A stretch of 42,634 nucleotides of DNA from Candidatus Micrarchaeota archaeon (GTDB lineage: Archaea > B1Sed10-29 > B47-G15). The stretch is taken from contig QMVG01000007.1 of NCBI GenBank assembly GCA_003660975.1, forward strand, positions 1 through 42,634, read 5' to 3'. This document shows, one piece after another, positions 18,294-28,085 of the stretch. Each line of letters starts with the position of its first letter. The stretch's first letter is position 1. The position numbers and the translations under genes were made by a program. The notes beneath the pieces are model-generated. The model had not been told where the DNA came from and ran no database searches. It saw nothing but the letters and a program-made list of their open reading frames with translations.

Positions 18294-19547
18294 ATGTCCA
18301 TTCTAGTAAAAGACGTAATAATAGATGGAAGAAAAAAAGACATCTACATTGAAGATAAGCTTATCTCAGAAATATCTAATGACATAAATGTTGAAGCAGA
18401 CTTCATAATAAAGGGTGAGGGCAAGTTATTAGTAATGCCTGCTTTTGTAAACACGCACACGCATGCTGCTATGTCTTTGTTTAGGGGATATGCAGATGAC
18501 CTGGCTCTAGATACCTGGCTCAAAGAACATATTTGGCCTGCGGAGGCCAAGTATGTAAACAAAGACTTCGTTTATTATGGCACATTACTATCCTGCATTG
18601 AGATGGCAAAATCAGGTGTGGGCACATTTGTGGACATGTACTTCCACGAGATGGAAGCTGCTAAAGCAGTGGAAAAATGTGGCATGAGAGCTTACTTAGG
18701 TCATGGTATTATAGACATCAACAAGAGCGCTGAAGAGGATTTGAGAGAGGCAGAGAATATAGTAAGAAAATTGAGAGGAGAAAAGATTAAGGGAATAATA
18801 ACACCCCATGCCCCATATAGCTGTTCTGATGAGACGTTAGTAAAAGCTTGGGAGATTGCGGAAAAATACGATACGATATACCATATCCATGTATCTGAAA
18901 CAAAAAAGGAAGTGGATGACATAGTAAAAAGAAGAAAAAAAAGACCTGTTGAGCTACTTGATTCTTTAGGCGTATTATCAAAGAGAAGCCTGCTTGCTCA
19001 CGCGGTTTGGGTAAATGAGGGCGAAATAAGAACTATAAGTAAGAGAGGGGCCACTGTATCCCACAACCCAATAAGCAATATGAAGCTGGCCTCTGGCGTT
19101 GCTCCTGTGCAGAGCATGCTTGAGAAAGGGGTTAACGTAACAATAGGCACTGACGGCTGTGCATCCAACAACAACCTTGACATCCTCGAAGAATTAAGAA
19201 CTGCGAGCTTGCTTCAGAAATTAAGCAATATGGATGCCTCTGCACTGCCAATAAGTGAAGCTATTAAAATGCTAACAGAAAATGCTTACAAGTTTTTGGG
19301 ATTGAATGTGGGAATCAAGGAGGAAAAGACAGCAGATATAGTGCTTGTAGACATGAGGGACATAAATATGATTCCTGGCCATAATGCTTATTCCAACCTT
19401 GTTTACTCTGCCAAAAGCTGTAATGTCCACTCTTTAATAGTGGATGGCGAGCTCGTAATGAAAAACAGGAAAATGCAACTAATAGATGAAGAAAAAGCGA
19501 TGGAAGAAATTGAGGCTTTTATTTCCAAAACCTTTCAGAATGGATGA
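18294..19547 (+). CDS. mtaD: Amidohydrolase, 5'-methylthioadenosine/S-adenosylhomocysteine deaminase-like
   Basis: MPAFVNTHTH, PHAPYSC, HIHVSET, AHAVW, SNMKLASG, GTDGCASNN. Confidence 0.88.
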   Translation: MSILVKDVIIDGRKKDIYIEDKLISEISNDINVEADFIIKGEGKLLVMPAFVNTHTHAAMSLFRGYADDLALDTWLKEHIWPAEAKYVNKDFVYYGTLLSCIEMAKSGVGTFVDMYFHEMEAAKAVEKCGMRAYLGHGIIDINKSAEEDLREAENIVRKLRGEKIKGIITPHAPYSCSDETLVKAWEIAEKYDTIYHIHVSETKKEVDDIVKRRKKRPVELLDSLGVLSKRSLLAHAVWVNEGEIRTISKRGATVSHNPISNMKLASGVAPVQSMLEKGVNVTIGTDGCASNNNLDILEELRTASLLQKLSNMDASALPISEAIKMLTENAYKFLGLNVGIKEEKTADIVLVDMRDINMIPGHNAYSNLVYSAKSCNVHSLIVDGELVMKNRKMQLIDEEKAMEEIEAFISKTFQNG

Positions 19548-20353
19548 TCCCATGAACAGTAGAAAATAAATTCCTGGGCATAAGCAGGATAGGGTGAAAA
19601 ATATTCTCTTGCGAAACTGCGTATTTTATCATCGCTCTGTTTTGACTTAAAATAATGCTTTAACATAAACCTTCTAACCCACCTATCCACTGGAAAAGCT
19701 TCCATTTTTTCAAGGGAAAAGGCCAAAATGCAGTCAGCAACTTTATGGCCTATGCCGTTAAAAGACATAAGAATCTCTTTTGCCTCGTCGTAAGGCAAGT
19801 TTTTCAAAGAGTAAATGTCAAAGCCACCCTGAACTGATTTAATAAACTCATATATCCATTTCGCCCTAAAACCAAAACCCAAGCTTCTGTAATCAGAAAC
19901 AGAAAGAGAGTAGAGTTTTTCAGGTTCTGGAAAGCTGTAATACTCTCTACCATCAAAATATAGGGGATCGCCGTAGCGTTCTGATAACCTCTCAACAAGC
20001 ATAGAGATGTTTTTGAAGGAATTGTTAACTGAAAGTATGTAGGAAAGAGAGCACTCAAATGCATCCTGCCTCAACAAGCGCATTCCCTTGTAAAAAGAGA
20101 CGCACTTGTTAATTATGCTGTCTTTGCCTATTGAGAACAGCACCTTATCATAATCAATATCCAAGGAGAGATAGTGTTTGATGAGATTTAGTTCAGCATT
20201 CCCCTCATAAAAAAGCTTATTTCCCTCCTGCCGCAATCTTATAAACTTCCCCTTAACAACGCCTTCCCAGAACTCTCCTTTCTTTTTCCACCTAAAAGCC
20301 TGGCCGCACCCAAGCGTTTTGTCAAGAGAAAAAGTCCTAACCTTGATGAACAT
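19535..20353 (-). CDS. ogg: 8-oxoguanine DNA glycosylase (OGG1-like HhH-GPD)
   Basis: TL.CGQAFRW, G.RLLRQD, GFGFRA, GIGHKVADCI..F, AFPVD.WV, YAQEFIF. Confidence 0.88.
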   Translation of the reverse strand: MFIKVRTFSLDKTLGCGQAFRWKKKGEFWEGVVKGKFIRLRQEGNKLFYEGNAELNLIKHYLSLDIDYDKVLFSIGKDSIINKCVSFYKGMRLLRQDAFECSLSYILSVNNSFKNISMLVERLSERYGDPLYFDGREYYSFPEPEKLYSLSVSDYRSLGFGFRAKWIYEFIKSVQGGFDIYSLKNLPYDEAKEILMSFNGIGHKVADCILAFSLEKMEAFPVDRWVRRFMLKHYFKSKQSDDKIRSFAREYFSPYPAYAQEFIFYCSWDHPF

Positions 20354-20410
20354 AGGGATATTATGTGAGCAGTATTTATAATATTTTTATCATAAATTCT
20401 TTGTGGTGAA

Positions 20411-21529
20411 ATGGTTGCAAAGAGAAGGAGAGTAAAGGTTGCTATTTTAAGGCCTTTTGAAGACATTAATGGCAAAATAAAAAGCAAGGTTATTCCAATA
20501 AGTGACAAAAGAGTTTTCAACGCAGAAATGCCAACAAAGAAAAGCATGAGAGGGGTCTGGCCCCCGCCAGAAAATGTCGGTAAGCAGGAATACTTGAAAA
20601 CAAAGGAAAAACTGCGTGAGGCACTGTTCAAGGATATTGAAAGCTACTTTGTAAAAAGCAAAATAAAAAACAGAGAAATCCCTGAGGGCAGAGAGTTACG
20701 GAAACTGCTTGCTGAGAGCAAGTTAATTGAGAAGTTAGGCAAGAAGGAGGCTGGAGCGCTGGTAAAAAAGTTCAAAGACCCTGAAGAAGCGCTGGCAGCT
20801 TTCAGGCTGTCCAGCTATAAGAAAGAGAGAGAAAAAATTGACAGCTACCTAAAAAAGCATAGAGGAAACGCAGTAAAGGCATTGCAGGAGCTTGAGCTGT
20901 TCAAAAAGGTTGGAAGCGAGAAAGAAAAGCAAGAGCTAATAAAACGCTTCGGAAGCCTTGAAAGAGCATGGCTATTAACAAAGACAATAAACCCTGAAAA
21001 AAGTCTAAAGAGGTTGAAAGACCTGGAAAAGCAGTACGGAAAGGAAGTGGAAAAGTTGCTTTTGTCTGCTGTATTAAGCGGTGCGAGCCTTGAGGAGAGC
21101 TTGAAGAGCCTTGAAAAGCAAAAGATTAGAAAAGTGACTGCAAAGAAAATAAGAAAGGAGCTGGAAAAAAGCTACAAAGAAGATATGTTGAGAAGGATAA
21201 AAAAAGAGCTTGATGCAGTAGAGAGGGAAATTGCAAAACTGGAGAAAAAACTGAAAAGGGCTGAAAAGGAGGGAGATAAAGACAGGGCAGTTGAGCTAAC
21301 GATAGATATAGCAGATAAGGAAATAGAACTGTTAAAGCTAAGCAACAGGATGATGGAAATCGTAAATGAGCAATTGGGAGGACCTAAGCTGTCAGAGGAG
21401 ATAAAAGAAAAATTAAAGCAAGCAGAGAGAAAGTTAAAGGAAATGGGCATAGACACTGGCAGCATGCCCCCTGACAAAAGAGCATTCTTCCTAAGAAAAA
21501 TGCGTGAAGAATTAGAAAAGAAAAAGTAA
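20411..21529 (+). CDS. K/E-rich helical (coiled-coil) hypothetical protein
   Basis: 372-aa ORF, purine-rich coding strand, no recognisable motif. Confidence 0.7.
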   Translation: MVAKRRRVKVAILRPFEDINGKIKSKVIPISDKRVFNAEMPTKKSMRGVWPPPENVGKQEYLKTKEKLREALFKDIESYFVKSKIKNREIPEGRELRKLLAESKLIEKLGKKEAGALVKKFKDPEEALAAFRLSSYKKEREKIDSYLKKHRGNAVKALQELELFKKVGSEKEKQELIKRFGSLERAWLLTKTINPEKSLKRLKDLEKQYGKEVEKLLLSAVLSGASLEESLKSLEKQKIRKVTAKKIRKELEKSYKEDMLRRIKKELDAVEREIAKLEKKLKRAEKEGDKDRAVELTIDIADKEIELLKLSNRMMEIVNEQLGGPKLSEEIKEKLKQAERKLKEMGIDTGSMPPDKRAFFLRKMREELEKKK

Positions 21530-21922
21530 TTACTTCTTTTCTTCTATCAAAACTGCGTTTACTGTGCCGTGCTGCCCTGGGCGTGACGTAACCTTTGCCA
21601 ATCCAATTTCTGTTTCTATTATTGCCCCTTTTGTTATTATGTTTCTTCTCGCATAGTTCCTGTTTGCTGGGTTTTCTTTTTCAGTGATTATCTTAACCTT
21701 CTTGTATTTTTTTGCCTTTGGGTCAAAAACATTAACAGTAGCTGCTATTCTTATTTTGTTCTTGGTATTGCCGCCCCTAACTCTCTGGGGTTTTATGACG
21801 TCCTTGTCCCCAATTGTGGTTAGAGTTGGCAACCTGCCCATCTCGTGCTTTCTCTTTTTTCTGTTTTTCTTCAACCTTCCGCCACTTGCCTTCCTCAGAG
21901 ACCTACCGTGCGAAACTCCCAT
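21530..21922 (-). CDS. rps8e: 30S ribosomal protein S8e
   Basis: [10 protein letters not shown]...[43 protein letters not shown]. Confidence 0.97.
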   Translation of the reverse strand: MGVSHGRSLRKASGGRLKKNRKKRKHEMGRLPTLTTIGDKDVIKPQRVRGGNTKNKIRIAATVNVFDPKAKKYKKVKIITEKENPANRNYARRNIITKGAIIETEIGLAKVTSRPGQHGTVNAVLIEEKK

Positions 21923-21969
21923 AACATCCCTTCCATATCTTTTTAACTTGCTTTTAATATAAGATTATT

Positions 21970-22380
21970 ATGATTGTTAAAAAGGTGCTCCTGAGAAGCT
22001 CTGCCGAGGATGAAGTTTTGGGCTTTTTGAAAGAGCACCCTAAAACACAGCTTATAAGAGCTGAATTTATCCACGGCCAGAAGCACGCTATACATTGTGT
22101 CCAACAGCTTTTAAAAGCTTTTGCCCAAAAAAGAAACATAAGCAGTAAAGAGGAGATAGAGCTGATACTCATCGCTTTGGCTGAAAGGCAGATAAAGAAG
22201 GCTATTGAAAAAAACAGCTTAGAGGGAGAGGTAGTTTTTATCTCTTGGGCGGATGAGGCTGAGAGCTTTTACGAGGAATTTAGAAATCGCTTCGTTGCAA
22301 GAGAATTAAAACTAGAAGAGGAGGACAGTGAGACGCTGCAGGCAATAGAAAAGAGTGCTACTTTTTGGATTCATTCCTAA
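21970..22380 (+). CDS. cgi121: KEOPS complex subunit Cgi121-like
   Basis: QLI.A..I.G.KH, KAF...RNIS...EIELIL....RQIKKAIE. Confidence 0.7.
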   Translation: MIVKKVLLRSSAEDEVLGFLKEHPKTQLIRAEFIHGQKHAIHCVQQLLKAFAQKRNISSKEEIELILIALAERQIKKAIEKNSLEGEVVFISWADEAESFYEEFRNRFVARELKLEEEDSETLQAIEKSATFWIHS

Positions 22381-22492
22381 GCTCTTCTTCCAATTTTCTA
22401 AGGCGCTCTAGCAATCTTTCTTTTGCAAAGCCAGGTGGTATAAGATTTAACCTCTGCTTTATGAGGAATATCTCTGCTTTCTTATCTTCCAC
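22358..22492 (-). CDS. Small hypothetical protein (44 aa, MEDKKAEIFLIKQRLNLIPPGFAKERLLERLRKLEEELRNESKK)
   Basis: GTG start after GGAGAGGAG RBS, overlaps upstream stop, fills the gap between genes; not in ORF track. Confidence 0.5.
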   Translation of the reverse strand: MEDKKAEIFLIKQRLNLIPPGFAKERLLERLRKLEEELRNESKK

Positions 22493-23054
22493 GAAGCTCC
22501 TCTCCTTCAAAAATGAGTTTGCATGGTAAGGTTAAACAGTCCACAGTAATAAAAACATCGCTGTCCCTCCAGGCGTGGGCAGCATTGAACGAACAAGTAA
22601 TATCGCTGGTGTTCAAACAGTGTATCTCAAGCTGTTCTACTGGAATGGTCGTGTTAGCCACAACCTCCTCTGCTGTTAATGTCTGATTCTCCTTAAAGTG
22701 AACGCTGTCTTCAGAGGCTCTTGTCATGCCTGAGTAATAGGAATCAAGAAGCAATCTTCTGCTGGTTGCCAAAGGGTCGTGAACATCCATAGGTGTTATG
22801 ATTTTCTGAATAACTAGAGTAATAAATATTGAGCTGTACGAAAAGCAGATGAGGAATGCTATTATCAAAAATAATGTTCTTCTTTTTACTGTTTCTGCAA
22901 TAGTTAGCGCGGACACCAGAAGAAGTAAAACTAAATCTGAAAACAGAATGGCCAGAACTGAAAGATAAAGAAAGCCGCTATTGAATAGGAGAAATGCGAG
23001 TAAAAGTGAAACGAGTAAGGAGGAAATGTAAATATATTTTCCCTGTTTCTTCAT
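22482..23054 (-). CDS. Membrane protein (about 3 TM plus small Cys-containing external domain)
   Basis: Hydrophobic N-half; C-terminal domain with 4 Cys. Confidence 0.65.
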   Translation of the reverse strand: MKKQGKYIYISSLLVSLLLAFLLFNSGFLYLSVLAILFSDLVLLLLVSALTIAETVKRRTLFLIIAFLICFSYSSIFITLVIQKIITPMDVHDPLATSRRLLLDSYYSGMTRASEDSVHFKENQTLTAEEVVANTTIPVEQLEIHCLNTSDITCSFNAAHAWRDSDVFITVDCLTLPCKLIFEGEELRGR

Positions 23055-23089
23055 ATGCTATATTTTAACAGAGATAGGATAAAAAGCAT

Positions 23090-23293
23090 TCAGGTTCGCT
23101 TTCTTTTCTCCCTCCACTCTTTTATCAGCTTTTGCATCTCTTTTTCGTAGCAGGCAGGACAGTAGTCATAGTCCTTCCACAAAATATATAAAAAACGTTT
23201 CCTCAATTTCCTAACGCATTTTTCACAAAGTGGCTTTCCACACTTCACGCAACGCGTGACAGCTTCCCTGTCCGGGTGGTAATAGCACTTCAT
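23090..23293 (-). CDS. B-box-like zinc-finger protein
   Basis: CYYHP.REAV..C..CGKPLC..C and CPAC. Confidence 0.8.
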   Translation of the reverse strand: MKCYYHPDREAVTRCVKCGKPLCEKCVRKLRKRFLYILWKDYDYCPACYEKEMQKLIKEWREKRKRT

Positions 23294-23343
23294 GCCCTAT
23301 CCCTCTAAAATAAAAGAAGTAGAATAAATATAAAAAAGGTGGT

Positions 23344-23598
23344 TTAGTAAACAGACTCTCCTGCTAACTCTCCCAAGGCATCGCTCTCATTCATTGATAA
23401 GTTTGGGTTCAGGTCCTCTATAACTGCTTCCTGCTCTTCAACGCCTAGCACACCCGTCTCTTCCCCTGGTGCCGTGCTTCCCTCTCCTGGGCTCACTGTC
23501 TCTCCACCTGCTGGTGCTTGGGTCGCCTGCCTCCCAATGCAACCTGCGAGAAAGGCCAGCACGAAGATGGTCAAAATAGCTAATACTGTGTACCTCAT
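23344..23598 (-). CDS. Small acidic lipoprotein
   Basis: Signal ending in lipobox LAGC, then disordered acidic tail. Confidence 0.7.
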   Translation of the reverse strand: MRYTVLAILTIFVLAFLAGCIGRQATQAPAGGETVSPGEGSTAPGEETGVLGVEEQEAVIEDLNPNLSMNESDALGELAGESVY

Positions 23599-23602
23599 AC
23601 TA

Positions 23603-25795
23603 TCACGCTCCTGCATTCCTTCTGTTTCTTATGGCGCTTGTTATTCTCTGTCTTATCAGCGCTGGGTTTAATACATCTTCCTTTTTTATCGTGGCATTTC
23701 TAAGTCTCTCGTCAAGTATGCCCAATCTTCCCTGCCCATACTTCTGCAGTACTTTGCTAATGCCTTTTCTGCTAATTTTTGTTTTTACTGCTGAGCGCCA
23801 TGCCTTTGTTATCCTTTGCCTCAAGGTTGCCTCAACCTGCTTTGCGCCTGTATACTCTGCCTTTGCAGCGCTTAGGTTCTTATTCAAAAGAGCCTTCTGT
23901 GCTTTTATTATCCTATCTCTGTATTCATAGAACTTCCTTCTGATAGCACTTACATCTCCGCCTTTTGCTTTTATTGCTGCCACTAACCTCTCCGCATTCC
24001 TCTCTGCCCTGCGCAGTCTGTTTCTGAGCAATACTCTTTGTTTTTTCAAAAACTCGCTTCTTGACAAGGCGAAGTGCCTCTGTATCTCATTCCTTACTCT
24101 CTTTGCTTCAGTTATATTCCCGCTTTCTATAGCTGAAATATATTTCTGCTTTTCCTCTTCCATTTGCTGTAGCCTGCTTTCCATCAGGCTGACATTCAGA
24201 CCCCTGTTGTAGAGCCTGTTAATCTTTTCCTTCAGCAGACAGATGTGCAGCTCTATTATCTTTCTCTCAACATCTTTCAACTGCTGGACAATGTTTTGCC
24301 ACTGCTCTCTCCTTTCCTGCTTGTAGCTCTCTCTTATCTGCTTTATCCTAGACCTTATCTCATTAGCGTACTGGTCCAAGCCCTCAATTTCATGCGCCTT
24401 GGTCCTGAACTCCCTTATCTTTTCCTTCATCTCTCTAACCAAAGGCTTTAATTCGCCCGCATCGGCATCCTTCATTTCACTTGCAATTGAAGATGCATCA
24501 TGCCTTATGCTTTTCAGCTCAGTGGAGTCTATGCCATATTCATCTGCCACAGCAATGACTGCGTCCATCTCCTCTATGATCTGCTCTGCGTAGAACTTGT
24601 CAAGAGCCGCACCAGCGTTGCTCCTTAACCTAAGGAATGCTCGCCTGCCCTGTCTCATAATCCTCCTCAATTCCTCTGAGCAGACAGATTCCTTTCTCCT
24701 AATCTTAGGAGCTTTTACGACAGACGCAAACAACTCTTCTCCTGATGCCTCACTGCTGTCACACTCTCCAACGTAGTCAACCTCCACTCCTGCTGCCTCT
24801 GCCATACACTCGTTTGAATAGGTTTTTCCGTCAATGCCACAGACAGGGTCATACTCCATGGTGCATGCAACTATTGGAGTTGTGATTACATTAGTTCCTC
24901 CGCCTACTGACGCTGCTGCCCCTGTCTCGCTCTCTGCTGCACCCTGCGATTCCTCTTCAGCGCAGTGATACTCTACTTCAGCAGTAGCAGTCAAAGTATT
25001 CTGGGCTACAAAAGTAGGAGTCACGCTCTTAAGGGTCACAGTAAGCCTTCCTACTTTTACAGAGCTGCCTGTATTTACTGTCTTCTCAACTGTCTGGCCG
25101 TCAGATGTAATCCTAAACTTTGCCTGAGAGGTAGAGGCCAAAAGCAGTTCAACTGAGCCGCAGTCTGTTTTCATTACCTCTCCTACCTTTATGAAAGGGC
25201 CTGATACGCTCAGACACTCATACTCGCAGGAAACAATAACTGTCTGGATGTTTTGCTCTGTGAAGCCTGCCTCTGCTGAGTGGACAGTTATCTTTAAGTT
25301 GCCAATAGTAACTGAGCTTCCTACGTTTACTGTCTTTGTAGTTGTATATCCTCCTGAGCTTATTGAGAAAGTAGCTGACTTTCCAGGTGAAGCTATGTTC
25401 AATGTAAACGAACCGCAGTTTGTATGAACTGTGTCTCCTGCTGTCATTATTGGGTGAGTAGTGCTTGATGCACTTAGACACTCATACTCGTAGGAAACTA
25501 TGCCTGTCTGGATGTTTTGCCCTGTGAAGCCTATCTCTGCTGAGTGGACAGTTATCTTTAAGTTGCCTACGGTAACTGAGCTTCCTACGTTTACTGTCTC
25601 TGTAGCTGTCTGTGCCCCTGAGCTTATTGAGAAAGTGGCTGACTTTCCGGGTGAAACCATATTCAATTTAAATGAACCACAGTTCGTCTGAACTGTGTCT
25701 CCTGATGTCATTATTGGGTGTGCTGCGACTGCTGTCCCTACAAAGGCAAGCAAGACAAGCGCTGTGAAGACCAAAACAGGTCCTCTTAAAGCCAA
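23603..25795 (-). CDS. Secreted multidomain protein: 3 beta-rich repeats + Kazal-type inhibitor domain + long coiled-coil
   Basis: GGAGGTG RBS + TTG; signal peptide; repeats HPIMT.GDTV.TNCGSF...YEC; ACTMEYDPVCGIDGKTYSNEC...GEC; helical C-half. Confidence 0.8.
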   Translation of the reverse strand: MALRGPVLVFTALVLLAFVGTAVAAHPIMTSGDTVQTNCGSFKLNMVSPGKSATFSISSGAQTATETVNVGSSVTVGNLKITVHSAEIGFTGQNIQTGIVSYEYECLSASSTTHPIMTAGDTVHTNCGSFTLNIASPGKSATFSISSGGYTTTKTVNVGSSVTIGNLKITVHSAEAGFTEQNIQTVIVSCEYECLSVSGPFIKVGEVMKTDCGSVELLLASTSQAKFRITSDGQTVEKTVNTGSSVKVGRLTVTLKSVTPTFVAQNTLTATAEVEYHCAEEESQGAAESETGAAASVGGGTNVITTPIVACTMEYDPVCGIDGKTYSNECMAEAAGVEVDYVGECDSSEASGEELFASVVKAPKIRRKESVCSEELRRIMRQGRRAFLRLRSNAGAALDKFYAEQIIEEMDAVIAVADEYGIDSTELKSIRHDASSIASEMKDADAGELKPLVREMKEKIREFRTKAHEIEGLDQYANEIRSRIKQIRESYKQERREQWQNIVQQLKDVERKIIELHICLLKEKINRLYNRGLNVSLMESRLQQMEEEKQKYISAIESGNITEAKRVRNEIQRHFALSRSEFLKKQRVLLRNRLRRAERNAERLVAAIKAKGGDVSAIRRKFYEYRDRIIKAQKALLNKNLSAAKAEYTGAKQVEATLRQRITKAWRSAVKTKISRKGISKVLQKYGQGRLGILDERLRNATIKKEDVLNPALIRQRITSAIRNRRNAGA
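25212..25720. repeat. Intragenic tandem duplication, period 264 bp (units 25212-25456 and 25476-25720)
   Basis: Both units start AGACACTCATACTCG and end GTCATTATTGGGTG, with long identical stretches. Confidence 0.9.
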
Positions 25796-25882
25796 ATAAA
25801 CACCTCCTGCTTTATTTGCATTGCTGAATCAATTTTGATGTACTCTTACTATGAAGGAGTGTTATTATATAAATCTTTTCTA

Positions 25883-28084
25883 TTATTCTCTGAATTCTGT
25901 GAGCAACAGCTGTCTTATTCTCTTCGCTTTCTTTTCCCCCAAACCGCGCACTCTCCTCAGCTCCCTCTCAGTGGCATTAAAGACAGCTGAGACAGAGCCA
26001 AATCTTTTGAGTAATTCCTCTGCTGCTTTTGGACCTACATTAGGCAGAGAGGAAACAATGTATTTCTGCCACTCAGAAATGGATGCCTTTGGTTTCTCTC
26101 CGCGAAGGTGGGGTGATGAACCTTCTTCCTTTTCCTGTTTTGCCAACAGTGCGATAAACTTGGCTGTTTCAACTATGCTCCTGCTGAAGAGCAAAGCAAC
26201 GCCGTGCTTAACTATGAGAGAGACTAGAGCACCTCTTAGAGCATTGTCATTGACCTTTCTCTCATGCTCGTAGATATCTCCCTCAACAATAATAACAGGC
26301 AGTTCAAACTGCTCCCTCATTAACCTAACTTGCTTGAACAGCCTTCCATCAATGATGCTCTGAACAAAATCAGACGCGCTTTTTCTCTCAATCACAATTC
26401 TGTCGCTTATTATATAATCTCCAACTTTCAAAGCGTGCTGCTTTACTCTTATTCCCTCATCAACTAAGGCCCTTATGATTCCTGATGGTGCTTCCCTGTA
26501 ATCCACAAAAACAGACAGCTCTTCAGGGCTTCCCTCAACGTAATTGTCTAGTGTAGTTTGGCTGTCTTTCTTTATCTCAATCCTATTGCTCATCTTTTGA
26601 AGGATTTTATACATCCTTTCCTCCTTATTTCTGCTTGCCCAGTAATATGCCTCGTCTGCTGTCTTCTCAGTCATTAAAACAGTAACCTTGCCCTCATGCT
26701 TTCTGCCAGTCCTGCCTTTTCTTTGAATTAACCTTATCTCTGAAGGGACTGGCTCATAGAATATAACATGGTCAACGCTTGGTATGTCAAGACCTTCCTC
26801 TCCTATGCTGGTCATTATAATAACTGGAAACTCCCCTTCCCTGAATCGCTTTATCAGGGCCTTTTGTTCCTTCTGCGAAAGGCCTTTGTCCTTATTTCTT
26901 GTTGCCTGCCCTATAAACTTCTCTGCTCTTATCCCCCTGCTGTTAATCAACTCTTTAAGGTACTGCGCTGTCTCCCTGTAGTGTGCAAAAACAATAACGC
27001 TCTCATTGTTCCTGACGCTTTTCTCCACTTCCCCTAAGAGCATCAAGACCTTTGGGTGCTCTACTCCTCTCTTCTTTAAATCGCTCAGCTCAACGATTGC
27101 CTGCTGTATGGCAGGGTGTGAAAGTATACTGCGGCTGGCTCTGCTTTTTTCATAACGCAGCTTGCTGAGAAAATTTAAGGTCTGGCTTACGCCCTGCGTC
27201 TGACACAGTTCCAAGGCATGCTGCACCTTAATCAACGAGGCCAGCACTGAAATAAAATGATACGCGGAAGGGTTTTCAGATGTTTTCCTCGCAAGCTCAT
27301 TCTGCAGAGATATCAATTGTTTTTTTAAAGGGAGGCCTCTCAATGTTCTTATCTTCAATCCAGCGTCCTTGAGGGCCTTGCTTTTTTCTCTCAAAAACTC
27401 CTCAAGCAGTCTGGCAACACTAAGCAGTTCTGGATTTAACTCACTTTTTCTCCAAAACAGCTTTTTCTTGTGAATATACGGCTCAACGTCTGGGTCACTT
27501 TCTGTTCTTATTTCTATGTGCTTGATGCCCAAATTCTTCTTGACTTCATTTATTTTATTTCTATTGGCTCCTGGTGAAGCTGTAAGTGCCAGAATTAGAG
27601 GGTGCCTTGCCTCTTTAAGATACCTTTCTCCAATATATGTATATGCATAATCACCTACTGCCCTGTGGGCCTCGTCAAAAACGACAATGGATACGTCTTT
27701 TAGAGATATTCTATTTTCCTCCAGGTCATTGGCTATTGTCTGGGGAGTAGCAGAGACAACCCTTGCCTTTTCCCATATCTTCTTCCTCTCTTCTGCTCTT
27801 ACCTCTCCTGTTAACAGCACGATTTCTGCCTCATCTATGTCAAGTATCTCTTTAAGGCTGTGCTGATGCTGTTGGGCCAGCGGTTTTGTTGGGGCCAAAA
27901 ATAGGGCCTTTCCCCTCCTCAACCTGCTTGCAATAACTATGGAAGCAATAACGGTTTTGCCAAGAGCAGTAGGTGCAACAACGAGAGTGTTTCCTTTTTC
28001 AAGCACTGCCTTTGCTATGTTCACCTGATACTCTCTTCTCTCTATCGTGTTTTTCTTTATGTTGGGAAAGTCCAAATATGCCAT
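25883..28084 (-). CDS. hef: Hef/FANCM-like DEAH helicase fused to ERCC4 nuclease and HhH
   Basis: RREYQ, APTALGKT, FDEAHRA, LTAS, EEGLDIP, QRKGRTGR, VGDY...IERKS, C-terminal HhH pair. Confidence 0.95.
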   Translation of the reverse strand: MAYLDFPNIKKNTIERREYQVNIAKAVLEKGNTLVVAPTALGKTVIASIVIASRLRRGKALFLAPTKPLAQQHQHSLKEILDIDEAEIVLLTGEVRAEERKKIWEKARVVSATPQTIANDLEENRISLKDVSIVVFDEAHRAVGDYAYTYIGERYLKEARHPLILALTASPGANRNKINEVKKNLGIKHIEIRTESDPDVEPYIHKKKLFWRKSELNPELLSVARLLEEFLREKSKALKDAGLKIRTLRGLPLKKQLISLQNELARKTSENPSAYHFISVLASLIKVQHALELCQTQGVSQTLNFLSKLRYEKSRASRSILSHPAIQQAIVELSDLKKRGVEHPKVLMLLGEVEKSVRNNESVIVFAHYRETAQYLKELINSRGIRAEKFIGQATRNKDKGLSQKEQKALIKRFREGEFPVIIMTSIGEEGLDIPSVDHVIFYEPVPSEIRLIQRKGRTGRKHEGKVTVLMTEKTADEAYYWASRNKEERMYKILQKMSNRIEIKKDSQTTLDNYVEGSPEELSVFVDYREAPSGIIRALVDEGIRVKQHALKVGDYIISDRIVIERKSASDFVQSIIDGRLFKQVRLMREQFELPVIIVEGDIYEHERKVNDNALRGALVSLIVKHGVALLFSRSIVETAKFIALLAKQEKEEGSSPHLRGEKPKASISEWQKYIVSSLPNVGPKAAEELLKRFGSVSAVFNATERELRRVRGLGEKKAKRIRQLLLTEFRE

Positions 28085-28085
28085 G

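Noticed and set aside
25212-25720. CRISPR array or DGR template/variable repeat pair
   Set aside because: Two long in-frame units within one CDS, no spacers, mismatches not obviously adenine-restricted, and no cas or reverse transcriptase gene in the window
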